Origin: Rhodobacter sp.
GTDB lineage: Bacteria > Pseudomonadota > Alphaproteobacteria > Rhodobacterales > Rhodobacteraceae
Length of the DNA stretch: 64,000 nt
Assembly (NCBI GenBank): GCA_048262455.1
Contig: JBLXFD010000018.1
Coordinates: forward strand, 7,030 to 71,029
Reading direction: 5' to 3'
A program made the position numbers and the translations under genes. The notes below the pieces were generated by a model that was not told the DNA's origin, did not search any database, and worked only from the letters and a program-made list of their open reading frames with translations. Of this stretch, positions 7,748 through 15,551 are shown one piece after another. The stretch's first letter is position 1. Each line of letters begins with the position of its first letter.

Positions 7748-8920
7748 TCAGACGTGGGTCAGCACGTCGTAATCGTAAATCGACTTCCGAAACTCGTAAT
7801 GCGCCGCCAGCTCCGCGTCCCGCTGGGCCAGGTCCTGGTAGTGGGAATCGTAGCGCATCCCGTTCTTGCGCGCGTTGCGCTGCACCTCGGCCACCCGTTC
7901 CAGCCGCAGCGCCTGGTAGGCCGCCAGCGCCCCCGGCAGGTCGCCCGCCCGGTCCCGCAGGATCCGCGCCAGCGCCGCGCCGTCCTCGATCGACTGGTTC
8001 GCCCCCTGCCCCAGGTGCGGCAGCATCGGGTGCGCGGCATCCCCCAGCAGCACCAGCCGGCCCTCGTGCCAGCGCGCCAGCGGCTCGCGGTCATAAAGGC
8101 CCCAGCGGAAGGTCTGGTCCACCTGCGCCAGCAGCCCGGTCAGGCGATCGTTCCAGCCCGCGAACTCGGCCCGCAGCTGGTCCGGGTCGCCCGGCGCCGA
8201 CCAGCTTTCGCGCATCTCGCCCTCGGCGGGCACGAAGCCGACGAAGTTGATGATCTCGCCCGCGCGCAGGGGGAAGACCAGGAAGTGCTTGCGGTCGCCC
8301 AGCCACATCTCCCAGGCATCGGTGGGCCAATGCGGCGCGCGGGCGTGAGGGATGGTGCCACGATAGGCGATGGAGCCAGAGAAGACCGGCGTCGAGGGCG
8401 GCACCACGTGGGGTTGCAGGACCGAGTGGATGCCGTCGGCGGCGATCACCAGGTCCGCCCCGGCGCTTTCGCCGTTCTCGAACCGCAGCTTCGCCCGGTC
8501 CGCCGTCTGCTCGAACCCGGCACAGCGGTGGCCGGTGCGCACCACCCCCTCCGGCAGGTTGCGCGCCAGCATGTCCACCAGGTCGGCCCGGTGCATCCCG
8601 TAGGTGGCGTTCCAGCCCGACGAGTCGGTGGTCTGAACCCCGGCGATGCGGCTGCCGTCGGCGCGGTAGTAGGCGGAGTTGCCCCCCACCAGCGCGCCGC
8701 GCCGGTGCACCGCGTCCCCCAGCCCGATCCGCTGCATCTGCCGCACGCTGTTGGGCGTCATGAAGACCCCGGCGCCGATCTCGCCCAGTTGCGGGGCCTG
8801 CTCGTAGACGGTGACGGCAAAGCCCTGCGCCAGCAGCGCGTTCGCGGCGTAAAGCCCGCCGATGCCGCCGCCCACCACGGCGATGTTCTGGATCTCGGGC
8901 ACGGTAATCTCTCCGGTCAT
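7748..8920 (-). CDS. FAD-dependent aromatic monooxygenase (salicylate hydroxylase / 3-hydroxybenzoate 6-hydroxylase / NicC-like group A flavoprotein)
   Basis: Motifs VVGGGIGGLYAA (FAD fold), IAADGIHS and LLGDAAHPMLPHLGQGANQSIEDG. ATGA overlap with the upstream reductase gene makes it the last gene of the oxygenase operon. Confidence 0.8.
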   Translation of the reverse strand: MTGEITVPEIQNIAVVGGGIGGLYAANALLAQGFAVTVYEQAPQLGEIGAGVFMTPNSVRQMQRIGLGDAVHRRGALVGGNSAYYRADGSRIAGVQTTDSSGWNATYGMHRADLVDMLARNLPEGVVRTGHRCAGFEQTADRAKLRFENGESAGADLVIAADGIHSVLQPHVVPPSTPVFSGSIAYRGTIPHARAPHWPTDAWEMWLGDRKHFLVFPLRAGEIINFVGFVPAEGEMRESWSAPGDPDQLRAEFAGWNDRLTGLLAQVDQTFRWGLYDREPLARWHEGRLVLLGDAAHPMLPHLGQGANQSIEDGAALARILRDRAGDLPGALAAYQALRLERVAEVQRNARKNGMRYDSHYQDLAQRDAELAAHYEFRKSIYDYDVLTHV

Positions 8921-9906
8921 TGGGTGGAAACGAAGGCGTCGATGTGCAGCGCGTCCGGCGGCAGCCCGCCGCGCGCGGTGAAGTCCCGTTCCGCCGCCTC
9001 GATCAGCCCGGGGGCGCCGCAGGCGTAGACCTCGTGACCGGCGAGCGAGGGGTGATCCTCCAGCACCGCCTCGTGCACCAGGCCGCGGCGGCCGGTCCAG
9101 TCCGGGCCGGGGTCGGAAACTACGGGCGTCACGGTCAGCCAGTCATGCGCGGCCTCCCAGCCGCGCAGCTGGTCCAGCGCGTAAAGCCCCCCGGCCTCCC
9201 GCGCGCCCCAGTACAGGTGCATCGGCCGCCGCGTGTGCCCCTCGATCTGCGCCTCCAGCACCGATTTCAGCGGCGCGTAGCCGGTGGAGCCTGCCAGCAG
9301 GATCGCGGGCACGTCCGAGTTCAGATCGACGCCGAAGGTGCCGAAAGGCAGCTCCACCGTCAGCCGGTCGCCGGGCTCCAGCCGCGACAGCTCGCCGTCA
9401 GAGAACCTGCCGCCGGGGATCACCCGGATATGCAGCTCGCAGCCGTCATTGCGGCGGGGGGCGTTGGCGAGGGAGAAGTTGCGCGTCTCGCCCTCGCCGA
9501 AGGTCACGCGCAGGTACTGGCCGGGGGCGAAGGGCACCCGCGTGCCGATGTCGTAGCGCAGCGACAGCTGCACCACGTCGGGCGCCACCTGCCGCTTGCG
9601 GCGGATCCGGGCCTCCAGCGTGCGGCGGCGAACCGGGTCGACCACCGAGACCGAGGCGGGGGCGATGCACAGGTCCGACTGCGCCTTGGCCTGGCACAGC
9701 AGCACGTCCTCGGCCGGCCCGGTGATGTCGGTGCCGCGCACCCCCGCGTCGCCCGACACGATGCGCCCCGCGCAGGTGTCGCAGACCCCCTTGCGGCAGG
9801 AGTAGGGCAGCGCCAGCCCCTGGCGCTCTGCCGCGTCCAGAAGGGTTTCGCCCGGCTCCACCTCGAAGCTGTGCGGGGTATCCTCGATCGTCACGCTATA
9901 GGCCAT
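8917..9906 (-). CDS. tphA1: Oxygenase reductase component ([2Fe-2S] ferredoxin + FNR-like FAD/NAD(P)H domains), TphA1-like
   Basis: N-terminal plant-type ferredoxin Cys pattern (CRKGVCDTCAG..C), then FNR-like motifs (RNFSLAN; LLAGSTGYAP). It sits in the same operon position as tphA1 of tph operons. Confidence 0.7.
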   Translation of the reverse strand: MAYSVTIEDTPHSFEVEPGETLLDAAERQGLALPYSCRKGVCDTCAGRIVSGDAGVRGTDITGPAEDVLLCQAKAQSDLCIAPASVSVVDPVRRRTLEARIRRKRQVAPDVVQLSLRYDIGTRVPFAPGQYLRVTFGEGETRNFSLANAPRRNDGCELHIRVIPGGRFSDGELSRLEPGDRLTVELPFGTFGVDLNSDVPAILLAGSTGYAPLKSVLEAQIEGHTRRPMHLYWGAREAGGLYALDQLRGWEAAHDWLTVTPVVSDPGPDWTGRRGLVHEAVLEDHPSLAGHEVYACGAPGLIEAAERDFTARGGLPPDALHIDAFVSTQ

Positions 9907-10813
9907 CGACGCCCCCCACCAGCCGCGCCGCGCGCAGCATTCCCTCGGGCGAGGCGACCCCCTGTCCCGCGATGTCGAAGGCCGCGCCGTGGCCGACCGA
10001 GGAGAACAGCACCCCGGCCCCCAGCGACAGGGCAGAGACCGCCTTGCCGCCCGCCAGCTTTACCGGGATGTGCCCCTGGTCGTGGTAGATCGCGACGAAG
10101 GCGTCGTAGCCCTCCCGCTGCAGCAGGGTGTCGGCACCCTCGGGCCCGTGCACGTCCAGCCCCTCGGCGTGCAGCATCGCGATGGCGGGGGCGATCAGGC
10201 GCGCGTCCTCGTCGCCGAACAGCCCGCCCTCGCCCGCGTGGGGGTTGAAGCCCATCACGCCGATCCGGGGCGCCGCGATGCCCAGCCGCCGCAGCCCCGC
10301 GTCGGTGACGCGGACAGCGCGGGCGACAAGGTTTGGGGACACGCGGTTCAGCGCGGTCAGGATCGGCTCGTGCAGCGTGACATGCGCCACCCGCAGCCCG
10401 CCGCCCACCAGCATCAGGAAGACGCTATCGGGCCCGCTGCCCTGCAGTTCCGCCAGCAGGTTCGGATAGCCGGAGAAGCGGCGGCCGGAGGCGTTGATCG
10501 CGGTCTCGGAATGCGGGGCGCCGACGATGCCGGCGGCATCCTCCGCCGCGCAAAGCTCCAGCGCCCGTTCGAGGTAGCCGACGCAGGCGCGGCCCGAGGC
10601 GGGGGTGGGCCGGCCCGGCGCGGCGTCGGCGGGGGCCAGCAACCCGCAGTCCACCAGCCGCCCGCCGTAGCCCGCGCCCTCGGCGAGATGCGCGTCGCCC
10701 ACCACCACGGGCTCCACCCGCCCCTCGCGGCGCAGCGCCTCGGCGGCCTTCAGCGCGATCTCGGGGCCGATGCCGTTCGGATCGCCCATGGTCAGGATCA
10801 CCCGCGCCGCCAT
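9896..10813 (-). CDS. tphB: PdxA-family NAD-dependent dehydrogenase, TphB-like (cis-diol dicarboxylate dehydrogenase/decarboxylase)
   Basis: PdxA-family motifs ILTMGDPNGIGPEI, GFNPHAGEGG, YHDQGHIP and HGAAFDIAG. TphB of terephthalate pathways belongs to this family. It lies between the oxygenase small subunit and the reductase. Confidence 0.7.
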   Translation of the reverse strand: MAARVILTMGDPNGIGPEIALKAAEALRREGRVEPVVVGDAHLAEGAGYGGRLVDCGLLAPADAAPGRPTPASGRACVGYLERALELCAAEDAAGIVGAPHSETAINASGRRFSGYPNLLAELQGSGPDSVFLMLVGGGLRVAHVTLHEPILTALNRVSPNLVARAVRVTDAGLRRLGIAAPRIGVMGFNPHAGEGGLFGDEDARLIAPAIAMLHAEGLDVHGPEGADTLLQREGYDAFVAIYHDQGHIPVKLAGGKAVSALSLGAGVLFSSVGHGAAFDIAGQGVASPEGMLRAARLVGGVDGL

Positions 10814-10815
10814 GG

Positions 10816-11301
10816 TCAGAGCGGCAGGCCCAGCAAGGTGTCGATGTGGCTGCTGTCGCAGATCACCTCGCGCCGGGCCAGCCGCCAGCCGCAGCCGTCG
10901 CGCCGCAGCCGGTCGTGGTAGCTGCCGCTGGCGAACAGGTCGGTCTGCCCGTCGCGCATGATCCGCACCACCAAAAACGAGGTCTCCACCAGCACCTCGC
11001 CGTCCTCCTCGCCGGTGACGAAGGGCTGGGACAGCACGTGGCGGTAGCTGTGGCGTTCGTAGATGTTGGCGTCGCGCAGGGCGGTGACGCGGTCGCGGAT
11101 CATGCCCTTGCCGTCCAGCCAGATCAGCCCCGCCTCCAGCCCCGCGCGGTGGTTCTCGGCCGAGGTGACCTTGTAGAATCCGTCGTGGGTGAAGAACTCC
11201 GGCCAGTCCTCCAGCGCGTCGGCGTCGATGCAGCGGGCATAGCGGACCTGCAGCTGCGAGATCTCGGCCAGCAGGTCGGTGGAAACGGCGTCTTCGCTCA
11301 T
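10816..11301 (-). CDS. tphA3: Rieske ring-hydroxylating oxygenase small (beta) subunit, TphA3-like
   Basis: 161-aa NTF2/SnoaL-like protein. ATGA overlap with the alpha-subunit gene. Confidence 0.75.
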   Translation of the reverse strand: MSEDAVSTDLLAEISQLQVRYARCIDADALEDWPEFFTHDGFYKVTSAENHRAGLEAGLIWLDGKGMIRDRVTALRDANIYERHSYRHVLSQPFVTGEEDGEVLVETSFLVVRIMRDGQTDLFASGSYHDRLRRDGCGWRLARREVICDSSHIDTLLGLPL

Positions 11302-12542
11302 CCCTGCATCCTTTCGCGGTAGGCGTGCCAGAAGCCGCGGATCGAGCCTTCGGAGATCCGGTTGCCCCCGGTGGCGAAGTCGCGCCCGCCCATCTCCAGC
11401 AGTGCCTGCTTGTCGTCCGCCCCGGCGATGCCGCGCTGGACGAAGCCGCCGATGCAGCCGTCCTCCATCGAGACGTAGCCGGCGGGGCCCACCAGGTTCG
11501 ACTGCTTCAGCCGGGTGCGCCGCTGCTCGGGCGTGTCGTCCTCGAAGCCGAAGTAGGTCCAGACGAGTTCCGTCTTGTCGGTGCCCTTGGGCAGGATCTG
11601 ACGGGTGGCCAGGCAGTTCTGGATCTGCTGCAGCACGAAGTTCGGGAAGGCCGACAGGATCTGCAGGGTGATGTCGTCGTCGAATTCCTTGAAGTTCTCC
11701 AGCAGCGACATGTCCGCCAGCTGGTAATCGCTCTGCGAGCGCAGCTGCTCTTGCTGATAGCTTTTCGAGGCCTCCGCCGCGCGGTCCACCGCCGACCAGC
11801 TGACGTGGCTGCCGCCGTCGTCCGAGATCATCAGCCCGCCCTTCATCGACAGCTTGTTCAGTTCGAAGGTGGTGAAGAACAGGTGCAGGATGCTGGCGTG
11901 GTAGCTGTCCTTGGTGTTCTCGACGTAGAGCTTCCAGTTGTTCGGCAGGATCTGCCGGAAGCGGCCCAGCACCACCGGCTTGCGCCCGTCCAGCACCCGT
12001 TTCACCCGCGCGGTGATGTCGGGGCCCAGCATCTCCTCGATGTCGTCGATGTCAGGATCGAAGCTGCCGAAGACCAGCCCGTAAAGCTCCGCCACCCGCA
12101 GCTTGCGGGGGCCGTGGTCGCTTTTGCAGAAGCCTTCCGCCATGCCGCCGGAGCCGTTCAGCCCGTCCTCGAAGGCCACGCCAACAAGGTCGCCCTGCAG
12201 GCTGTGGCGCCAGGCGTGGTAGACGCAGGTGAAGTCGCGCACGTGGCCGCGGTCATCCAGCGCCAGCAGCGCGCCGCGGTGGGCGCAGCGGTTCTCGAAG
12301 GCGTAGACCTGTCCGTCGTGGTCGCGGGTGACGATCACCGGCGTGGTGCCGACGAAGGTGGCGACGTAGTCGCCCGGCTCGGGGATCTCGGCCTCGAGGC
12401 AGAGGTAGTTCCAGCTGTTGCCGCGGAACAGCCGCTCCTGCTCGGCGGCGAGGATCGCGGGGTCGGTGAAGACACGGTAGGGCACACGGTGCACCCCGCC
12501 CTCCCAGTCGAGCAGGCTGTCGTCGCCGGCGGCATCCTTCAT
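11298..12542 (-). CDS. tphA2: Rieske ring-hydroxylating oxygenase large (alpha) subunit, terephthalate 1,2-dioxygenase TphA2-like
   Basis: Rieske motif CAHRGA..CVYHAW and iron site DSYHASILH. Long stretches agree with my recollection of Comamonas TphA2 (YAFENRCAHRGAL; HGPRKLRVA..LVFGSF; LPNNWKLY.EN.KDSYHAS; LQILS.FP.FVLQQIQN). The true ATG at 12542 has GGAGGA 4 nt upstream. The 103 upstream codons of track ORF 11298..12851 run through the repeat array. Confidence 0.8.
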   Translation of the reverse strand: MKDAAGDDSLLDWEGGVHRVPYRVFTDPAILAAEQERLFRGNSWNYLCLEAEIPEPGDYVATFVGTTPVIVTRDHDGQVYAFENRCAHRGALLALDDRGHVRDFTCVYHAWRHSLQGDLVGVAFEDGLNGSGGMAEGFCKSDHGPRKLRVAELYGLVFGSFDPDIDDIEEMLGPDITARVKRVLDGRKPVVLGRFRQILPNNWKLYVENTKDSYHASILHLFFTTFELNKLSMKGGLMISDDGGSHVSWSAVDRAAEASKSYQQEQLRSQSDYQLADMSLLENFKEFDDDITLQILSAFPNFVLQQIQNCLATRQILPKGTDKTELVWTYFGFEDDTPEQRRTRLKQSNLVGPAGYVSMEDGCIGGFVQRGIAGADDKQALLEMGGRDFATGGNRISEGSIRGFWHAYRERMQG

Positions 12543-12560
12543 CGCGTCCTCCACGGTGTT

Positions 12561-12587
12561 CGTATAGCGAACAATGATCGCTATACG
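12561..12587. promoter_or_regulatory. Perfect 10-N7-10 inverted repeat CGTATAGCGA-acaatga-TCGCTATACG, candidate IclR-type operator upstream of tphA2-like gene
   Basis: Read directly from the sequence. It lies 19 nt upstream of the 12542 start, and a near-identical copy is at 13838-13864. Confidence 0.55.
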
Positions 12588-12590
12588 GTC

Positions 12591-12620
12591 ACGGTAGTTG
12601 GGGAGCGGCGGGAGTGTCAA
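12591..12620 (-). promoter_or_regulatory. Possible sigma70-type promoter of the oxygenase operon (TTGACA-N18-TACCGT on minus strand)
   Basis: The minus strand reads cTTGACActcccgccgctccccaacTACCGTgac, immediately upstream of the palindrome. This is a sequence pattern only. Confidence 0.3.
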
Positions 12621-12656
12621 GGCGGGGCGGTGTGATTGGGGGGTGTGCGCGCTTGC

Positions 12657-13028
12657 GGGGTGGCTGGTGTTGCGTGGTGGCGGGGTGAACCCCGCCCTAC
12701 CGCTTCTTGCGAGCGACGCGCTGATGCAGCCCCGAACAAGCCGAAGACGCGGGGCGAGCGCCTGCCCGTTCCGGCGGGGTGGTGTTGCGCGGTGGCGGGG
12801 TAAACCCCGCCCTACGTCCGCTCGAACGAAGCGCTGACAGCCCCCGGACAAGCCGAAGGCGCGGGGGCGAGCGCCTGCCCGTCCCGGCGGGCTGGCGCTG
12901 TGTCATCCTCGTGCAAGGCTCATTCTGCGCGCGGATATGGCGTGGATAAAGCGCCCATGCCGGAGGGAGGTGGCGCCACCCCACGGGCAGGCTCACGTTG
13001 CGCCTTGGCGGGGTGATCCCCGCCCTAC
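12657..13028 (-). repeat. REP/BIME-like repeat array A (three GTAG-palindrome hairpins plus conserved spacer modules)
   Basis: Hairpins GGCGGGGTGAACCCCGCCCTAC at 12679-12700, 12794-12815 (loop variant TAAA) and 13007-13028 (loop variant TGAT). The spacers are homologous to arrays at 16884-17345 and 31015-31408. The last hairpin overlaps the iclR stop codon. Confidence 0.85.
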
Positions 13029-13804
13029 AGCATCCGCGACAGCGCCTCCGCCCGGCGCTGCATGATCGGCAGGAACTCTCCCTTCGCCTGCTCCGGCCCG
13101 ATCCGCGCGATGGAGGCCGAGATGCTCAGCGCCGCGACAGTGCGTCCCTCGGCGTCGCGCACCGGCACCGCGATGGCCAGCATCCCCAGCTCCAGCTCCT
13201 CGCAGATGATCGCGTGCCCGTCGCGGCGCACGGCGGCAATGCTTTCCATGATGCGCTCCGGCTCCGTCAGGGTCTTGGGCGACAAGGGCTCCAGCGGCAC
13301 GCGGCCGAGGTAGGCGCGGACCTCCTCATCTGTGCGGTCCGCCAGCATCACCCGCCCGGTGGCCGAGGCGAAGGCCGGCAGCTTGGCGCCCAGCCGGACG
13401 AAGCCGGTCACCGGGCGCGAGACCTCGGCGCGGGCGACGAACACGGAATGATCCCCCTCCAGCACCGCCAGCGAGATCGACTCGCTCAGCTCGTCGCGGG
13501 TCTCGTCGAGGTGCGGCTGCGCCAGCTGCGGCAGGCTGGTGGTGCCAAAGAAGGCATCCCCCAGCCGCAGCATCCGCGGCGTCGGAACATAGGCCGATCC
13601 CGCCTGCCGCACGTAACCGAGATCCGCCAGCGTCAGCAGGCAGCGCCGAGCGCTGGCGCGCGACAGGCCGGCGTGGCTGGCGGCGCGAGCCACTGTCAGT
13701 TCGCGCCGTTCCGCGGCGAAGGCCTCGATCACGGCCAGCCCCTTGGCCAGCCCCCCCATGGCCTCCGGCGCGCGGGCTTTGCCCTTTGGCGGTGTCTCGG
13801 TCAT
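13025..13804 (-). CDS. IclR-family transcriptional regulator (TphR/PcaR/PobR-like)
   Basis: Winged HTH (..LTVARAASHAGLSRASARRCLLTLADLGYV..) plus an IclR effector domain. ATG 13804 has GAGGGAG 7 nt upstream; the track start (GTG 13834) would leave no leader. Confidence 0.85.
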   Translation of the reverse strand: MTETPPKGKARAPEAMGGLAKGLAVIEAFAAERRELTVARAASHAGLSRASARRCLLTLADLGYVRQAGSAYVPTPRMLRLGDAFFGTTSLPQLAQPHLDETRDELSESISLAVLEGDHSVFVARAEVSRPVTGFVRLGAKLPAFASATGRVMLADRTDEEVRAYLGRVPLEPLSPKTLTEPERIMESIAAVRRDGHAIICEELELGMLAIAVPVRDAEGRTVAALSISASIARIGPEQAKGEFLPIMQRRAEALSRML

Positions 13805-13837
13805 ACCGGTGCTCCCTCGTACAGATCCCTCCACGTT

Positions 13838-13864
13838 CGTATAACGAACAAAGATCGCTATGCG
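13838..13864. promoter_or_regulatory. Second copy of the operator-like palindrome (CGTATAACGA-acaaaga-TCGCTATGCG) in the iclR/TRAP divergent intergenic region
   Basis: 8 of 10 arm positions are self-complementary. 24 of 27 nt are identical to the 12561-12587 site, and the flanks are also similar (cctccac..gttcg). Confidence 0.5.
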
Positions 13865-13972
13865 AATTAATTTCGTGACAAGCCTTCCGGCTTTGTGTCA
13901 CCTTGCGGCAGATCGGACCGCCTGCGCGCCGCCTGGCACGGGATGCGGGCAGACAGACATCAGGGAGGAAAC

Positions 13973-15010
13973 ATGTCGCAGACCACGCTCACCCGCCGGA
14001 CGCTCCTGGGCTCCGCCGCCGCCGCTGCCGGCGTTCTCGCCGCCCCCGCCGTCCTGCGGGCGCAGGAGGTCAAGCTGCGCCTGCACCACTTCAACTCTCC
14101 CCTGTCGATCGCCCATACCAAGTTCCTGCAGCCCTGGGCGGAACGGCTGGCCGAGGCCACCGACGGCGCCCTGGCGATCGAGGTTTTCCCGGCGATGCAG
14201 CTGGGCGGCAAGCCCGGCGACCTCTACGGGCAGGCCAAGGACGGCATCGTCGACATGATCTGGACCCTGCCGGGCTACACCGCCAATCGCTTTACCCTGA
14301 CCGAGGTGTTCGAGCTGCCCTTCGTGGCGAAGTCCGCCGCCGCCACGGCGCCCGCGATCCAGGAGTTCGCCAAGCGCCACTTCGCCGAGGAATACGCCGA
14401 CACCCACCCGATCCTGTTCCATTCCCACGCGCCGGGCCAGCTGCACACCAAGGGCACTGCGGTACGGACGCTGGAGGACATGAAGGGCTTGCAGCTGCGC
14501 GGCCCCTCGCGTCCGATTACCGCGGCGATCGAGGCGATGGGCGCGGTGCCGGTGGGCATGCCGGTGCCCGCGGTCACCGAGGCGATTTCCCGCGGTGTCG
14601 TGGACGGCGCCGCCCTGCCCTGGACCATCACCCGGCCGATCCGCCTGCACGAGGTGACCGACTACCACACGGTGCTGGACTTCTACGCCTCGGTCTTCGG
14701 GCTGGTGATGAACAAGGGCCGCTGGGACGCGCTGCCGGCCGAGCTGCAGGGCGCCATCGACGAGGCCTCGGGCATGGAGTTCGTGCGCGAGCTGGGTGAG
14801 CTCTGGGACGGCGACGAGGCCCAGGGCCGCGAGCTGGCCGAGGCCGCCGGCAACGAGATCATCGAGGTTTCTGAGGCAGAGCGCGATCGCTTCCGCGAGG
14901 CCTGCCAGCCGGTCATCGACGCATGGATCGCCTCGGTGAACGAGCGCGGGCTGGACGGCCAGGCGCTGTACGACGAGGCGCGGGCGCTGATCGAAGAGAA
15001 CGCGGCCTGA
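13973..15010 (+). CDS. dctP: TRAP transporter solute-binding protein (DctP family)
   Basis: Signal peptide with a twin-Arg-like motif (MSQTTLTRRTLLGSAAAAAGVLAAPAVLRAQ). ATG 13973 is preceded by GGGAGGA. DctP-family length and motifs. Confidence 0.85.
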   Translation: MSQTTLTRRTLLGSAAAAAGVLAAPAVLRAQEVKLRLHHFNSPLSIAHTKFLQPWAERLAEATDGALAIEVFPAMQLGGKPGDLYGQAKDGIVDMIWTLPGYTANRFTLTEVFELPFVAKSAAATAPAIQEFAKRHFAEEYADTHPILFHSHAPGQLHTKGTAVRTLEDMKGLQLRGPSRPITAAIEAMGAVPVGMPVPAVTEAISRGVVDGAALPWTITRPIRLHEVTDYHTVLDFYASVFGLVMNKGRWDALPAELQGAIDEASGMEFVRELGELWDGDEAQGRELAEAAGNEIIEVSEAERDRFREACQPVIDAWIASVNERGLDGQALYDEARALIEENAA

Positions 15011-15017
15011 CACCGTC

Positions 15018-15551
15018 ATGAGACTGGACGACGCGAATAACGGGGCCGGCCCAGCGCCGGCCCCGCCCGGTGCTGCCTTCCGCACCGTAGAGACCATCGC
15101 GCGCGCCTGCGCGGTGGCCGGCGGGCTGGTGCTGCTGGGCATGGCGCTGATGACCTGCGTCAGCGTCCTGACCCGGCTGTTCGCGGGCCGCCCGATCTTC
15201 GGCATCTTCGAACTGGTCGAGCTGTTCACCGGCATCGCCGTCCTGTCGTTCTTTCCCTACACCCATGTCACCCGGGGCAACGTGGTGGCGGAGTTCTTCA
15301 CCCAGCGCCTGCGCCCGCGCCTGCGGGCGCTGCTGGAACTGGTGGCCGACATCGGGTTCCTCGCCATCGCGGCCTTCGCCTTCTGGCGGGTCTCGGCCGG
15401 CTTCGTGGAGTCGCTGCATAGCCTGAACCGCAGCTTCGTGCTGAACATGCCGGAATGGGTGTTCTACGGCCCCGCCGCCGCCTGGCTGGGGCTGCTGGTG
15501 GTGGTTTCCGTGGCGGTGATGCTGCGCTCGGCCCACCGGGTGCTGCGATGA
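15018..15551 (+). CDS. dctQ: TRAP transporter small permease (DctQ family)
   Basis: 177-aa protein with four predicted TM helices between the DctP and DctM genes. Its stop overlaps the dctM start (ATGA at 15548-15551). Confidence 0.8.
   Translation: MRLDDANNGAGPAPAPPGAAFRTVETIARACAVAGGLVLLGMALMTCVSVLTRLFAGRPIFGIFELVELFTGIAVLSFFPYTHVTRGNVVAEFFTQRLRPRLRALLELVADIGFLAIAAFAFWRVSAGFVESLHSLNRSFVLNMPEWVFYGPAAAWLGLLVVVSVAVMLRSAHRVLR

Noticed and set aside
12543-12851. N-terminal extension of the Rieske alpha-subunit ORF. Similar extensions occur at 30885..31379 and 39578..39946.
   Set aside because: The extensions translate the intergenic repeat arrays. That is why peptides such as ..GQALAPRLRLVRG.. 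recur in unrelated ORFs (12697..12996, 16871..17101, 17203..17418 and 29619..31379). Internal ATGs with Shine-Dalgarno motifs give proteins of normal family length.
12950-12980. GGAGGGAGG / CCTCCCTCC element in the long repeat unit as a cuckoo-type (anti-Shine-Dalgarno loop) sRNA
   Set aside because: The C/T-rich motif is present only in array A and is not conserved at the equivalent position of arrays B and C.
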